From positions 2,232,001-2,296,000 of the forward strand of contig CM082592.2 of NCBI GenBank assembly GCA_040954595.2: a stretch of DNA of 64,000 nt. The letters are read 5' to 3'. Positions within the stretch are counted from its first letter, which is position 1. Every line of letters begins with the position of its first letter. The notes beneath the pieces are model-generated. The model saw only the letters and a program-made list of their open reading frames with translations. It had not been told where the DNA came from and did no database searches. This DNA is from Balanoglossus misakiensis. Its lineage: Eukaryota > Animalia > Hemichordata. A program made the translations under genes and the position numbers. This document shows, piece after piece, positions 1 to 10,879 of the stretch.

Positions 1-2
1 CA

Positions 3-3000
3 AAAAACAGCGACGTAATCAAAGAGGATGCTGCCCTCTATAATCTCAGCGACAATACCCTTCGGGGTGCCAGCCTTCGGTGTTCGAAGGATCAAAACTG
101 TGAAACTTCCCTTCGGGGTTCAAACCTTCGGTGTTCGAAGGGTCAAAACTTTGAAACTTCCCTTCGGGGAACCAATGAATCTAGGGTACCTGCAAATGGT
201 GACATTGTCACTTATGTTAATGGCAATTTACAGATTGAGAAAGCAGTTGATATTGCACACAAGAGAAATGACAATGAATGTATTCTTCATAATGTTACTG
301 CGAATGAATTTTTGTTCTCTCCTGTAACCACCACCATATGCCAAGAGTTATGCTGTAAGCTTCACATTAAATATGGAAATAAAGTTGAAATGCTCGATGA
401 AATTCATAGTGTTGAAATTGGTGAACCATGCAATATCAAATCTATTGTCGGTGATGGTAATTGTTTGTTTAGAGCTTTGTCGTATGCCATAAGTGGCAGT
501 GAACGTAACCATGCTGTAATGCGAAAGGCCATTGTAAATCACATGATTGCAAATGACAGTGCATATTTTGGTTGGCTGGACCCAGACCAAGGATATACAT
601 CAGTTGCTGATTATATTGCAAAGTCTAGAATGAATTGTCTAACAATCTGGGGTTCCGAAAATGAGATCTTGGCTGCTGCCGATCTCTTACAAACTGACAT
701 CTATGTGTATAGTTCTGGAACATGGCTGAGACATTATTGTAATGCAATTAATAAAAGTAATGTTGATAAAGGTGTAGGTATATACCTGAACCATGCCAAC
801 AGAGACCATTTTGAAATTGTCAAGAGTGTAAAGACACCTGAGATGGTAACATCTGACTCTATACACATTGAACGTGTTGAACTTGTCTCAAGTGAAGGTA
901 TGACTAATGAATTCCACAATGAGGCAGATAGTGGCAGTTGTGTTCCACTAAAGAGTCCATTGGACAAGAAAGGAAATTTCCACTTAAGTGATGAAACTGA
1001 AAGTGTTACAAAAGGAAGAGGTAAGAGACCAGCAATGAGTGAACGATTACGAAAGAAAATCAGAAAAGAAAAATATGAATGTAATGAGACCACTGCAAAG
1101 AGGTGCAGGACAATATCTGAATCTGAATTGTATCATACTAATACTCAATATAGAGAGATGAAGAAGCTGAAAAGTAGACAGCATTATCATGACATCCGAG
1201 AAAGTAAGACGCAGAAAATGAAAGAGTTATATGAACAAAATGCGGACTATCGGGAGGCAAAAAAGACACAAATCAGAGTTAAATATGAACAAAATCCTGA
1301 TTTTCAGGACGCAAAGAAGGCACATGCTAGAGTAACTTACCAAGATAATCCTGATTTTCGGGAGGCAAAGAAAGCACACGTAAGAGTTAATTACCAAGAA
1401 AATCCTGATTTTCGGGAGGCAAAGAAAGCACGTGTAAGATTAAATTACGAAGAAAATCCTACTGTTCGGGAGGCAAAGAAGGCACGCATAAGAGTAAATT
1501 ATGAACAAAATCCTGATTTTCGGGAAGCACAGAAGGCACGCATAAGAGTAAATTATGAACAAAATCCTGATTTTCGGGAAGCACAGAAGGCACGCATAAG
1601 AGTAAATTATGAACAAAATCCTGATTTTCGGGAAGCACAGAAGGCACGCGTAAGAGTAAAATATGAACAAAATCCTGACTTTCGGGAAGCACATAAAGCA
1701 CAAATGTCCAAACAACTATCCCAAAAATATGACCAAGACGTAAACTTTCGTGAATCAAAGAAGACACAGAGTATTCAACGATATGAGAATAACCCTCATT
1801 ACAAAGATAATGTATTGAAGAGAAGCAGGTGTCAGATGATACAGAATGACATTGACAAGCAAAATGTTCAGCATGTTATTGCTAATTTTAGAAATACTGC
1901 CTCAGAAGGTCCAAATTGTGTATGTTCAGTTTGTCATCGTCGACTTTTCAGGAAACAAGTAATTGTTTGCAACAAGGATAAATATTACAGTAACAGAATT
2001 ACATCTGATATTGCTGTGAAATGTATATCAGAAGAATATGTTCACAAATGTGCCCCAACATGTATGGCTGACTGCCCTCTCAAGAATAATGCAGCCAGTA
2101 AATTGTGGATTTGTTTCACATGCCATAGAAAACTTTTACGTGGAGAGATGCCAGTTCAAGCTGTTGCAAACAACCTTCATGTCACAACAGTCCCTCCTGA
2201 ATTGAAATGCCTCAACTCACTTGAGCAACATTTAATTGCATTAAATATTCCATTCATGAAAATGTTGGCATTACCTAAGGGTGGTCAGAATGGAGTTCAT
2301 GGACCTGTAGTGTGTGTCCCTTCTGATATAAAGAAGGCTACAAATATTTTGCCACGGAATGAGTTTGATGATCAGATGATAAGGGTGAAATTGAAGCGAA
2401 AACTGAGTTATAAAGGTTACTATGAATATCAGTTTGTAAACAAACGACACATTCAGAATGCTTTGGAATACCTACAGACAAATAATCAGTATTACAGTGA
2501 TATAACATTCAATATGAATTGGAAAAATACTCTTGAAAAGACTGAAGAAGTTATTTCAGATGCTGAAAGCGAATCAGAAAAGTGTAACACCCAAAGCAGT
2601 GATGTAAACAATGAAAAGACCAAAGGAAATGTTTCAGATACTGAAAGTAATGATGTGTCATCAGACACAGAAGATAACAATGTGTCCAACAAAGATACTA
2701 ATGGAATATTGATGGACACATGCCTCCAACCAATTGACATAGGTCAGGATATTCTTGATTATCACTTTGAGGATATATCTTGTGTTGCTCCAGCAGAGGG
2801 TAATAAACCTGTTTGTCTGTTGATGGAAAAGTTGAATGAAGCCAAGTGCTTTCCTGTGCTATTCCCAACTGGGTCACCCACATTTCACGATGACCGAGAG
2901 GTTAGGATAACAATAGGACGATACCTGCAAGGTCGTGTAATGAATGCAAGTAACAGATTTTCAAAAAGCACAGACTATATCTTTTATGCGCAATATCTGT

Positions 3001-6000
3001 CTGAAATTAACCAGGTTGTATCCAATGTGTCAATTGCTTTGAGGAAAGGAACTGCTAATGCTTGTGGCAAAAAAGTGACATCTGATGTTTTAAGTGACAG
3101 TGAATCTTTGAAACAGATTTTGAAGTCTGATGAAGGCTATAAGTTTTTAAAACCTATAAGAGGAACTCCTCCTTATTGGCAAGCAACACAAAAAGACCTG
3201 TTTGCAATGATCAGACAGTTGGGTATACCAACATGGTTTTGCTCATTTTCTGCTGCCGATTTACGGTGGAAAGAAGTTATTGAGACTATACTTCGTGGAG
3301 AAGGAGATGTACGTAATGCTGAGGATCTTGAATGGTCTGAGAAATGTGCTATCTTGAGACGAAATCCTGTAACAGCAGCCAGAATGTTTGATCACAGATT
3401 TCATTGTTTTCTGAGAGAAGTCATCATGTCACCAGCCAATCCTATTGGAAATATCAAAGATTATTTTTATCGAGTCGAGTTTCAACAACGAGGCTCACCA
3501 CATACACACTGCCTATTTTGGGTTGAAAATGCACCAAAGGTTGATAGAGATACTGATGAAGATGTAGTTGATTTTGTTGACAGATATGTAACATGTCAAA
3601 TGCCTTCTGTTGAGGAGGATGAGGAATTGCAAGAGATTGTGAATAAAGTTCAGAAACACAGCTCAAGGCACTCCAAATCTTGCAAGAAAAAGGGCACTAG
3701 ATGCAGATTCAACTTTCCACGACCACCATCAAAGAAAACGTTCATATGCCGTCCTGATATAGATATAGAAATGACAGGTGAAGGTGAGAAGTCAAACCTT
3801 GATGACGATAATGCAACACTTGAAGAGAAATGTCAAAGTGACACGACTCAGTTAATTGAGAATGTGATGAGCCAGATGGCTGCTAGGAATATTTTGGAAA
3901 AAGTGTGGACATGCCTGCATGACAAAGAGAAACAGATTGATTCGGTTGATGCACTGTTTAATGAAGTCAGCATTTCTCAGGAGATGTTTGAGAAAGCACA
4001 TGCAATTTTAGCAAGAAAGACAAGTGTAGTATTAAAGCGTGAACCAAATGATGTTTGGGTAAACCAATACAATTCTAACCTTCTTCGTTGCTGGGATGCA
4101 AACATGGACATTCAGTTTGTTGTGGATGCTTATGCCTGTGTTGTGTACATTGTATCATACATCTCTAAGGCAGAGAGAGAAATGGGTTTACTGTTGGAAA
4201 ATGCACAGAGAGAAGCAAACAAAGAGGGAAATGTGGATGCTAAATCTGCACTGAAACAATTAGGCAGTGTTTATCTGCACAACAGAGAAGTAAGTGCTCA
4301 AGAGGCTGTATATAGACTGTGTGGATTGAAACTGAAGCAATCATCTCGAAAAGTCCAGTTCATTCCAACTGGAGAAACCCCTATCAAAATGAGTTTGCCA
4401 TTGAGTGTAATACGTAGCAAAATGACAGGAGATGATTTGAATGAGGATGATATCTGGTACAATAGCATTGTAGACAGATACAAGAACAGACCAAATGATG
4501 ACGAGTTTGACGACATGTGTCTTGCAACATTTTGTTCAGAATATCGAATAGTGTCAAAATCAGAAGTGACAAATACCACCACTGAGAAACGTGCAAATCC
4601 AATAGTCAAGTTGGAAAATGGTGCAGGTTACATGCAAAAACGATCTCGAACTGATCCAGCTGTCATTAGATATGCAAGATTTTCTGTGACCAAATTTCCA
4701 GAAAAGTATTACCGCACTATGTTAGAACTCTTCTTGCCACACTGGGTTGATTCCCAATTGAAACCAAATGGGTTTGAAACATATGAAAATTTCTATTCTG
4801 CGGGTGCAGTGAAGTGTGGATCTGCTTCTATACAAACAGTGAAAGTCATAGTAGATGCAAATAAAGCAATGTTTGAGAAAGAGGCTGATGCCGTTGATTT
4901 AGCTGAAGAGCTCCTTGAAGGAAGTGGTCCTCTGGAGGACGCATGGGCCCAAATCTGTCCAGAAAGTGAAATAGACAGATTAGAATGCATTGATGAACGT
5001 CAACAATTGCCTGATGATGATGTAAATGAGGAGGATATTCCAGATTTGGTGCACAAACCAAAAGGTGATTGCCACATAGAAATTTCTACCTCTGAAGTAA
5101 GGAGGGCTGATGTTCAAGCAATGTGTAGGTCACTGAACAGGAAACAGGCAGAAGTCTTTTATAATGTCAGACAGTGGTGTCTGGATAAAAGCAATGGCAA
5201 GAACCCAGAACCTCTTTATTTGTTTGTCAGTGGTGGTGCTGGCACAGGGAAAAGCCATTTAATCAAAACCATATATCATGAAGCCAAACGAATTCTATCT
5301 CGTGTAATGGCTAACCCAGATGAAAAATCAATACAGGTAACAGCCTCAACTGGAGTTGCAGCATTTAATGTAGGAGGTGAAACTCTCCATCATGCATTTT
5401 CAATAGCAGTAGACTCAAAACTACCATATGAGCCACTACGTGAAGAAAAACTCAACACTCTTCGTTCCAAATTGGGAAATCTTCAGATTGTAATAATAGA
5501 TGAGATTTCTATGGTAGACAGAAAATTATTTCACTACGTACATGGACGATTACGTCAAATCAAACAAACACCAAGTGGTTCACCATTTGGAAATGTGTGT
5601 GTTATTGCTGTGGGTGACTTTTATCAGCTGCCACCTGTGAAAGCAAGTCCACTGTGTGTGGAAAATGATGCCATCAATATGTGGAATAATTTCAAAATTG
5701 TGGAACTCACTGAAATAATGAGACAAAAGGACTGTGCATTTGCAGAAGCACTAAATAGAGTAAGAATTCACAAGAAAGGGCACACACTGAGTGCAAATGA
5801 TCTAGAAATGTTCAATAACCGTGTGACTGGTGAAGCATCTGAGGCAATTCACATCTTTGCTACAAATGCAGAAGTCAACAATTGCAATATCACAATGCTA
5901 CATTCCTTGTGCTCTGATCCTGTATGTATTGAAGCACAAGATTTTAGTAAGAATACTAAGACTGGGAAACTCCAAAGAAAGGAAGGCCATCATGCCAAGG

Positions 6001-7214
6001 TCTATAGGACCACTTTACCAAAGACTCTCACTCTAGCTAAGGGTGCACGAGTGCAACTGACACAAAATATTGATGTCTCTGATGGATTGGTGAATGGTGT
6101 ATTTGGATCAGTATGTCACATTGATGTGAAACCAAATGAAAGCTTTCCAACTGCTGTTTATGTTGTATTTGACAATGTGAAAGTTGGCCAAGGATTGCGA
6201 AACAAGAACCGTGTAAATATATCTGACCTTCCTGAAAACACCACCCGTATAGAACCTCAGGAAATGTCTGTTGCAAGTAATGGTGGTATTAGGAGACAAT
6301 TTCCTCTGAAACTAGCATGGGCATGTACAGTGCATAAGGTACAGGGATTAACAGTTGAAAAAGCTGTTGTCAGTTTAAAGAAGATGTTTGCACCAGGACA
6401 GGCATATGTTGCATTGAGTCGAGTGACATCATTAGATGGGCTAATAATTGATGAATTTAAGACATCTTCTATATATTGCAATGAAAAGGTTCAAGCAGCC
6501 TTGGAAATGATGCCAAAGTTTGTTGATGGGTGCTTTGAGCAATTACAGCCAAACTATAGATGCTCTTTTATACTTCATAATGTTGAAGGTCTTCTGAACC
6601 ACATGGAAGATATTCGTAGTGGCAAGGAATACTTGGAGTCAGACTTTATTTGTTTGACGGAAACATGGCTAACTGAAAACCAGACAAAATGTGATGTGAT
6701 AGTGAATGGATTTGAATTCAGTCACAAGCCTCGGTCAAAATCGTATAACAACTTTGATATGAATACTTCACAGTTGCAGTTGCAACATCATGGTGGTGTT
6801 GGCCTCTACGTCAAAGGAAGTCAATCTGTTGAAATTTTGGATTTGCCTGTTAGTAACTTGGAATATCTTACATTTTATGTCAAAGACATCAACACGGTGG
6901 TAGCAGTAATTTACAGACCATCATCCTATAAAGCAGTCGCATTCAGGAAAAACCTTCTTCTGTTGGTGAAGGAAATGTCAAAGTATTCAGGTGCTACAGT
7001 GATCATGGGTGATTTCAATGAAAATATTTTAACCTCATCGTCTCTTGTGAAACTCATGGAAGACCATGGTTTCAAACAACACGTGAGCAAACCAACCACA
7101 GAAGCTGGTACATTGATTGACCATGTGTATGTGAAAGGAGCAGGAAAGGTGGAAGTTGACATTGTGCCAAAGTACTTCAGTTTTCATGAAGCCATCAGCA
7201 TTAAGATCTATTGA
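3..7214 (+). CDS. Helentron/Helitron2 RepHel-EN polyprotein (OTU cysteine protease, HUH Rep initiator, PIF1-like SF1 helicase, C-terminal AP-like EEP endonuclease); 5'-incomplete
   Basis: The frame is stop-free from nt 3; the ORF-track start at 312 is only a TTG. OTU: GDGNCLFRAL...WGSENEI...HFE. Rep motifs: PTWFCSFSAAD, RVEFQQRGSPHTHCLFW, YIVSYISKAE. Helicase: GGAGTGKS, IIDEISMV, GDFYQLPPV, EIMRQ, TVHKVQGLT, YVALSRV. Endonuclease: HNVEGL, ETWL, IYRP, GDFN, IDHVY, SFHEAI. Confidence 0.95.
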   Translation, partial: KNSDVIKEDAALYNLSDNTLRGASLRCSKDQNCETSLRGSNLRCSKGQNFETSLRGTNESRVPANGDIVTYVNGNLQIEKAVDIAHKRNDNECILHNVTANEFLFSPVTTTICQELCCKLHIKYGNKVEMLDEIHSVEIGEPCNIKSIVGDGNCLFRALSYAISGSERNHAVMRKAIVNHMIANDSAYFGWLDPDQGYTSVADYIAKSRMNCLTIWGSENEILAAADLLQTDIYVYSSGTWLRHYCNAINKSNVDKGVGIYLNHANRDHFEIVKSVKTPEMVTSDSIHIERVELVSSEGMTNEFHNEADSGSCVPLKSPLDKKGNFHLSDETESVTKGRGKRPAMSERLRKKIRKEKYECNETTAKRCRTISESELYHTNTQYREMKKLKSRQHYHDIRESKTQKMKELYEQNADYREAKKTQIRVKYEQNPDFQDAKKAHARVTYQDNPDFREAKKAHVRVNYQENPDFREAKKARVRLNYEENPTVREAKKARIRVNYEQNPDFREAQKARIRVNYEQNPDFREAQKARIRVNYEQNPDFREAQKARVRVKYEQNPDFREAHKAQMSKQLSQKYDQDVNFRESKKTQSIQRYENNPHYKDNVLKRSRCQMIQNDIDKQNVQHVIANFRNTASEGPNCVCSVCHRRLFRKQVIVCNKDKYYSNRITSDIAVKCISEEYVHKCAPTCMADCPLKNNAASKLWICFTCHRKLLRGEMPVQAVANNLHVTTVPPELKCLNSLEQHLIALNIPFMKMLALPKGGQNGVHGPVVCVPSDIKKATNILPRNEFDDQMIRVKLKRKLSYKGYYEYQFVNKRHIQNALEYLQTNNQYYSDITFNMNWKNTLEKTEEVISDAESESEKCNTQSSDVNNEKTKGNVSDTESNDVSSDTEDNNVSNKDTNGILMDTCLQPIDIGQDILDYHFEDISCVAPAEGNKPVCLLMEKLNEAKCFPVLFPTGSPTFHDDREVRITIGRYLQGRVMNASNRFSKSTDYIFYAQYLSEINQVVSNVSIALRKGTANACGKKVTSDVLSDSESLKQILKSDEGYKFLKPIRGTPPYWQATQKDLFAMIRQLGIPTWFCSFSAADLRWKEVIETILRGEGDVRNAEDLEWSEKCAILRRNPVTAARMFDHRFHCFLREVIMSPANPIGNIKDYFYRVEFQQRGSPHTHCLFWVENAPKVDRDTDEDVVDFVDRYVTCQMPSVEEDEELQEIVNKVQKHSSRHSKSCKKKGTRCRFNFPRPPSKKTFICRPDIDIEMTGEGEKSNLDDDNATLEEKCQSDTTQLIENVMSQMAARNILEKVWTCLHDKEKQIDSVDALFNEVSISQEMFEKAHAILARKTSVVLKREPNDVWVNQYNSNLLRCWDANMDIQFVVDAYACVVYIVSYISKAEREMGLLLENAQREANKEGNVDAKSALKQLGSVYLHNREVSAQEAVYRLCGLKLKQSSRKVQFIPTGETPIKMSLPLSVIRSKMTGDDLNEDDIWYNSIVDRYKNRPNDDEFDDMCLATFCSEYRIVSKSEVTNTTTEKRANPIVKLENGAGYMQKRSRTDPAVIRYARFSVTKFPEKYYRTMLELFLPHWVDSQLKPNGFETYENFYSAGAVKCGSASIQTVKVIVDANKAMFEKEADAVDLAEELLEGSGPLEDAWAQICPESEIDRLECIDERQQLPDDDVNEEDIPDLVHKPKGDCHIEISTSEVRRADVQAMCRSLNRKQAEVFYNVRQWCLDKSNGKNPEPLYLFVSGGAGTGKSHLIKTIYHEAKRILSRVMANPDEKSIQVTASTGVAAFNVGGETLHHAFSIAVDSKLPYEPLREEKLNTLRSKLGNLQIVIIDEISMVDRKLFHYVHGRLRQIKQTPSGSPFGNVCVIAVGDFYQLPPVKASPLCVENDAINMWNNFKIVELTEIMRQKDCAFAEALNRVRIHKKGHTLSANDLEMFNNRVTGEASEAIHIFATNAEVNNCNITMLHSLCSDPVCIEAQDFSKNTKTGKLQRKEGHHAKVYRTTLPKTLTLAKGARVQLTQNIDVSDGLVNGVFGSVCHIDVKPNESFPTAVYVVFDNVKVGQGLRNKNRVNISDLPENTTRIEPQEMSVASNGGIRRQFPLKLAWACTVHKVQGLTVEKAVVSLKKMFAPGQAYVALSRVTSLDGLIIDEFKTSSIYCNEKVQAALEMMPKFVDGCFEQLQPNYRCSFILHNVEGLLNHMEDIRSGKEYLESDFICLTETWLTENQTKCDVIVNGFEFSHKPRSKSYNNFDMNTSQLQLQHHGGVGLYVKGSQSVEILDLPVSNLEYLTFYVKDINTVVAVIYRPSSYKAVAFRKNLLLLVKEMSKYSGATVIMGDFNENILTSSSLVKLMEDHGFKQHVSKPTTEAGTLIDHVYVKGAGKVEVDIVPKYFSFHEAISIKIY
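58..170 (+). repeat. 51-bp in-frame tandem repeat (~2.3 copies) in the Helentron N-terminal region
   Basis: ttcgggg recurs at 61, 112 and 163. Confidence 0.8.
1228..1760 (+). repeat. 54-bp (18-aa) coding tandem repeat, ~9-10 copies (YEQNPDFREAQKARIRVN)
   Basis: Directly visible in both DNA and translation. Confidence 0.9.
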
Positions 7215-7289
7215 AAGACTCATTGTAATATCTACAATGTTTGACCAAACATGGTGATCTGAGAAGCAAATTTAATACAAGTGAGGTAC

Positions 7290-7648
7290 CAGTGAATGGA
7301 TTGAAATTCAATCACCAGCCTCTGTGCAAATCATTAATACGGTGGTAGCAGTAATTTAAGACCACCATCATATAAAGCAGAGGTGTTCAGGAAAAACTTA
7401 CTTCTGTTGATGAAAGGAAATGTAAATGTATCCAGGTGCTTCAATGATCATGGGTGACATCAATGAAAATATTTAAATCATCTCTTGTCAATGTAATGCA
7501 AGACCTTGGTTTCAAGCAACATTTGAGCAATCCAACTACAGAAGCTTATACATTGATTGACCATGTGTATGTGAAAGGAACAGAAAATATTGGAGTTGAA
7601 ATACTGCCAAAGTACTTCTGTCAGTTTACATTAAGCCATCAGCATTAA
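7290..7648 (+). pseudogene. Degenerate tandem duplicate of the Helentron endonuclease C-terminus
   Basis: Matches 6701-6740 and 6893-7203 (gtggtagcagtaattta..., ttgattgaccatgtgtatgtgaaagga, gccatcagcattaa) with frameshifts and an internal deletion. Confidence 0.85.
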
Positions 7649-10600
7649 CATCATTAATGCATTATGCATATAGTAATTAAAACCCGTGTTACATACAACT
7701 GGTGGGAGGGATAATGGGGTTTGAGACTTACGGGTCCCCATTTGGGAATTGTTGGGGTGGGGGGTTGAAAAACAAATTAACATGTTACTCTTAGGTTACC
7801 CTGGTGCTAATTGTCACATTTGATATCAAGCTGTTACTGTTTTTGTGTGATGGGAGACTAATATTTGATTGTCTATCATTTCAGAGCCATTTGTTTGACA
7901 TGGCTGCAGTGATTTCATTGAAATGACATGTTCACATGCAATCATTTACATGGATCATCATTATAGTGACATGATATTATCATGTTGTAGGTCATTGTGC
8001 ACACATACCTGCTTATTTATGTATATTAAAGCACACCAATTTATAACGTGCTACAAAAAAAGAAGTCAGTGGTGGCCGTTTATGATTTCTGATGCATGAC
8101 ATGACTTTTATTTGACTATACCCAAAATGTTATGGGTGTTACCATGTTGTTGTGATGTTATCCATTAAATGCACCCGACTGTCATTTCTTGATGATTTTA
8201 TTTATTCCAGTACTGTCAATTGAGATATGTATTTCACCTGATTTCATCAAAACTCACAGTTTTAGTCCTACATGAATGTATGTCATAATTCCAACCTGAC
8301 ACTTTGTTACTGTAATTAACAGACAATATATGATATCAAAAGTGTGAGTAATAACAGTCCCAATAGCCTTGTTTGCATTACTGCTTACACAGTGTTCTCC
8401 ACAGGATTTTGGGAAAGTTAGGTGGATAATATCCATAACAATGTAATCATTATGTTAGTGATATTGCTTTCTCAAAATTTAAGAATAACAGTGGTAGCCA
8501 CCATGCTTTAATTGTTCTTTGGAGAACACTGTGCTGGCATATTTCACCCATCATCTGATCCTATATGTATACAGACAACAACATTTGGAATATGTGCAGA
8601 TTCCAATATCCATGTGCATACTAGAATGAGTGTGTACTCATACAATGCGGGACTGCAGAATAGATGGATGTAGCATCTGTTAATGATTCAAGTTAGTCAT
8701 ATTTATTATGCAGCCTGAATCAGAGGTTCACACTATGTTTTATGTAAATACCCATCAGTAAGGTTTATTTAAAGAAACCATTGTACGTGTCAAGTTAATA
8801 ATGAGAAATTTGCCAAAATTGCAAAAAAAAAAATAGTAAAGCTTGAATGAAAGATTTCAATCATGTACCAAAGCATTTTCATTCTGTTGACAATGAAATG
8901 GAAGTTGGTAAATGGTGCATTGAAAATTCTCTAGGAAGAAGGTTAATTTAAGTATGATTACACAACTTAATATTTCTAATTGATGTTTTATTATACTGTA
9001 TGTAAAGTACCATTGGGGGAAATGTGTAAAACATTGACTTATAATTGGAAAAACATTAGCACCAGGGTAGCCTAGGTTTATCAATGTTCAATTCCATTTT
9101 GTAAATGTTTGAAATATATTTTTATCTATTTTCACTATGTTATCTACAGAATGACTAGATATTACCACTGTCTACTTTTGTGTCTCTGAGGCTGTCATGA
9201 ATGGCTTAATACACTGAAGTTAAAATCATTATACAGACATTTGTGAAGCGATTTTAATAACCTGTCTGAAGTATAGTACCGTATGGTGTTTTATAGAATA
9301 AAACAAAAACCAATGTCCCCATATGACGTTTGCTTTCAGAAAACAATACAAATTGCCCATCTGAGACTTAATTTTTAGGGGTACACGCACCAAGAAAAAC
9401 ATCCTATGAATGGCAATCCCAAAATTATCCTTGATATCTGGTATTCAGACTTGTATTCTGTGAATCATCATTGCTATACCATATGTACTAACAACATGCT
9501 TTAACTGCAGTAGCAATAACTGAACCAGTGTGAATAAATCAAACACTGTACACTGAAATATCTCACTATCGCTTTAATCGCAAACATTTAGTATGAGCTT
9601 GGTTATTGACAGATCCAAAGTAACCCACCAACACTGACACTATCAGTTTTGCATCACGGGCGTGTCATTAATTATTTACTTTTTATGTCATATTTGATTT
9701 GTTAGAGAAATACCAAACGTAGTAGACAAGGACATCAACTTTCATAAAATGTGTTCCTATTAGTACTACAGTATAAATATCTGAATTTTTTTAAAAATAG
9801 TCACAGCACTTATTGGAAGAACTTATGTAACTGTATTCATACCTTGATGTTTAAATTATTGTCATTGGTTTATGTTTATTTCCATATGCTATTATTGTCA
9901 ATAGGTGATTTATATGTTCACGTGACCTGCACTGACCCATACATATACTTAGAATACCAAATGTCTTGGGAGACAGGTCTGTTCAATAATTATGGCTTTA
10001 ACATTCATGTAACACTATCCCTAGTAAGTATACAGATCTTAGTGGTCTTGTTTGTTAGAGAGCTAACAATGGGCTACGTTAATGATAGCCACACTCCAAT
10101 CAGATAAAGAATTGTTTTCCAGAAGATGTCACCTGTTATCACCAAACCATGATTGACTTTTCTAGTGTCAGGCGATGATTTGATAAGTTGAACAGTTTCC
10201 AGAAGGACCATTGTAGTGCACTGACAACAGCAAAATGATTTCATGGAAGTTTGAATGACTGGGTTCTTCCCATTTGCATATTGATATGTTCACACCTGGT
10301 ATTTACTACTTAGGTGAAGTTGATGATGGTGTCTGATGAACTTAAGTGTAAACAATAGAAATTTAATACACAGTTCAAGCAGGTCAATCAGTTCTGGCTA
10401 CCTTTATGTGGAAATTGTCAGTTGACTTTCACAACTCACTGGGAGTGCCTACAAGACTGGACCTCTACTTGTTTTCTGTGTCACTCCAATCTATTCACTA
10501 CTACACGACCAGTTCAGCAAAACTAGGAACAGTTCACTCTTCAGCAAATCCATTATACAGGGGATGCCACTTCAGCAACATTACAATCTGTGTAGACCTA

Positions 10601-10879
10601 CCAACCTGTTGTATTCATCACATTCACGCATCCACCTAGTCCTATGCACCTCTGAGAATCTCTATATTAAGAATATCTATGCCTGTACATATATAGAGTG
10701 TCTACTGTGTAGACACTGGAGGAATATTTTATACTACGGTAATTATTGTACTTGTAAGCTTTGTGTGTATTGGTGTCATGTATTTATATATATTTTTCTG
10801 TGGGCCTGGAGCCTGATTCAAATCAACCCAAACAATACGAAAAGGAAAAATAAAAAATAACTGATGTATTTTTTGAGTC

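Noticed and set aside
28-327. 99-aa ORF and the TTG start at 312
   Set aside because: The 99-aa ORF is an alternative frame over the Helentron ORF, whose own frame is already open from nt 3.
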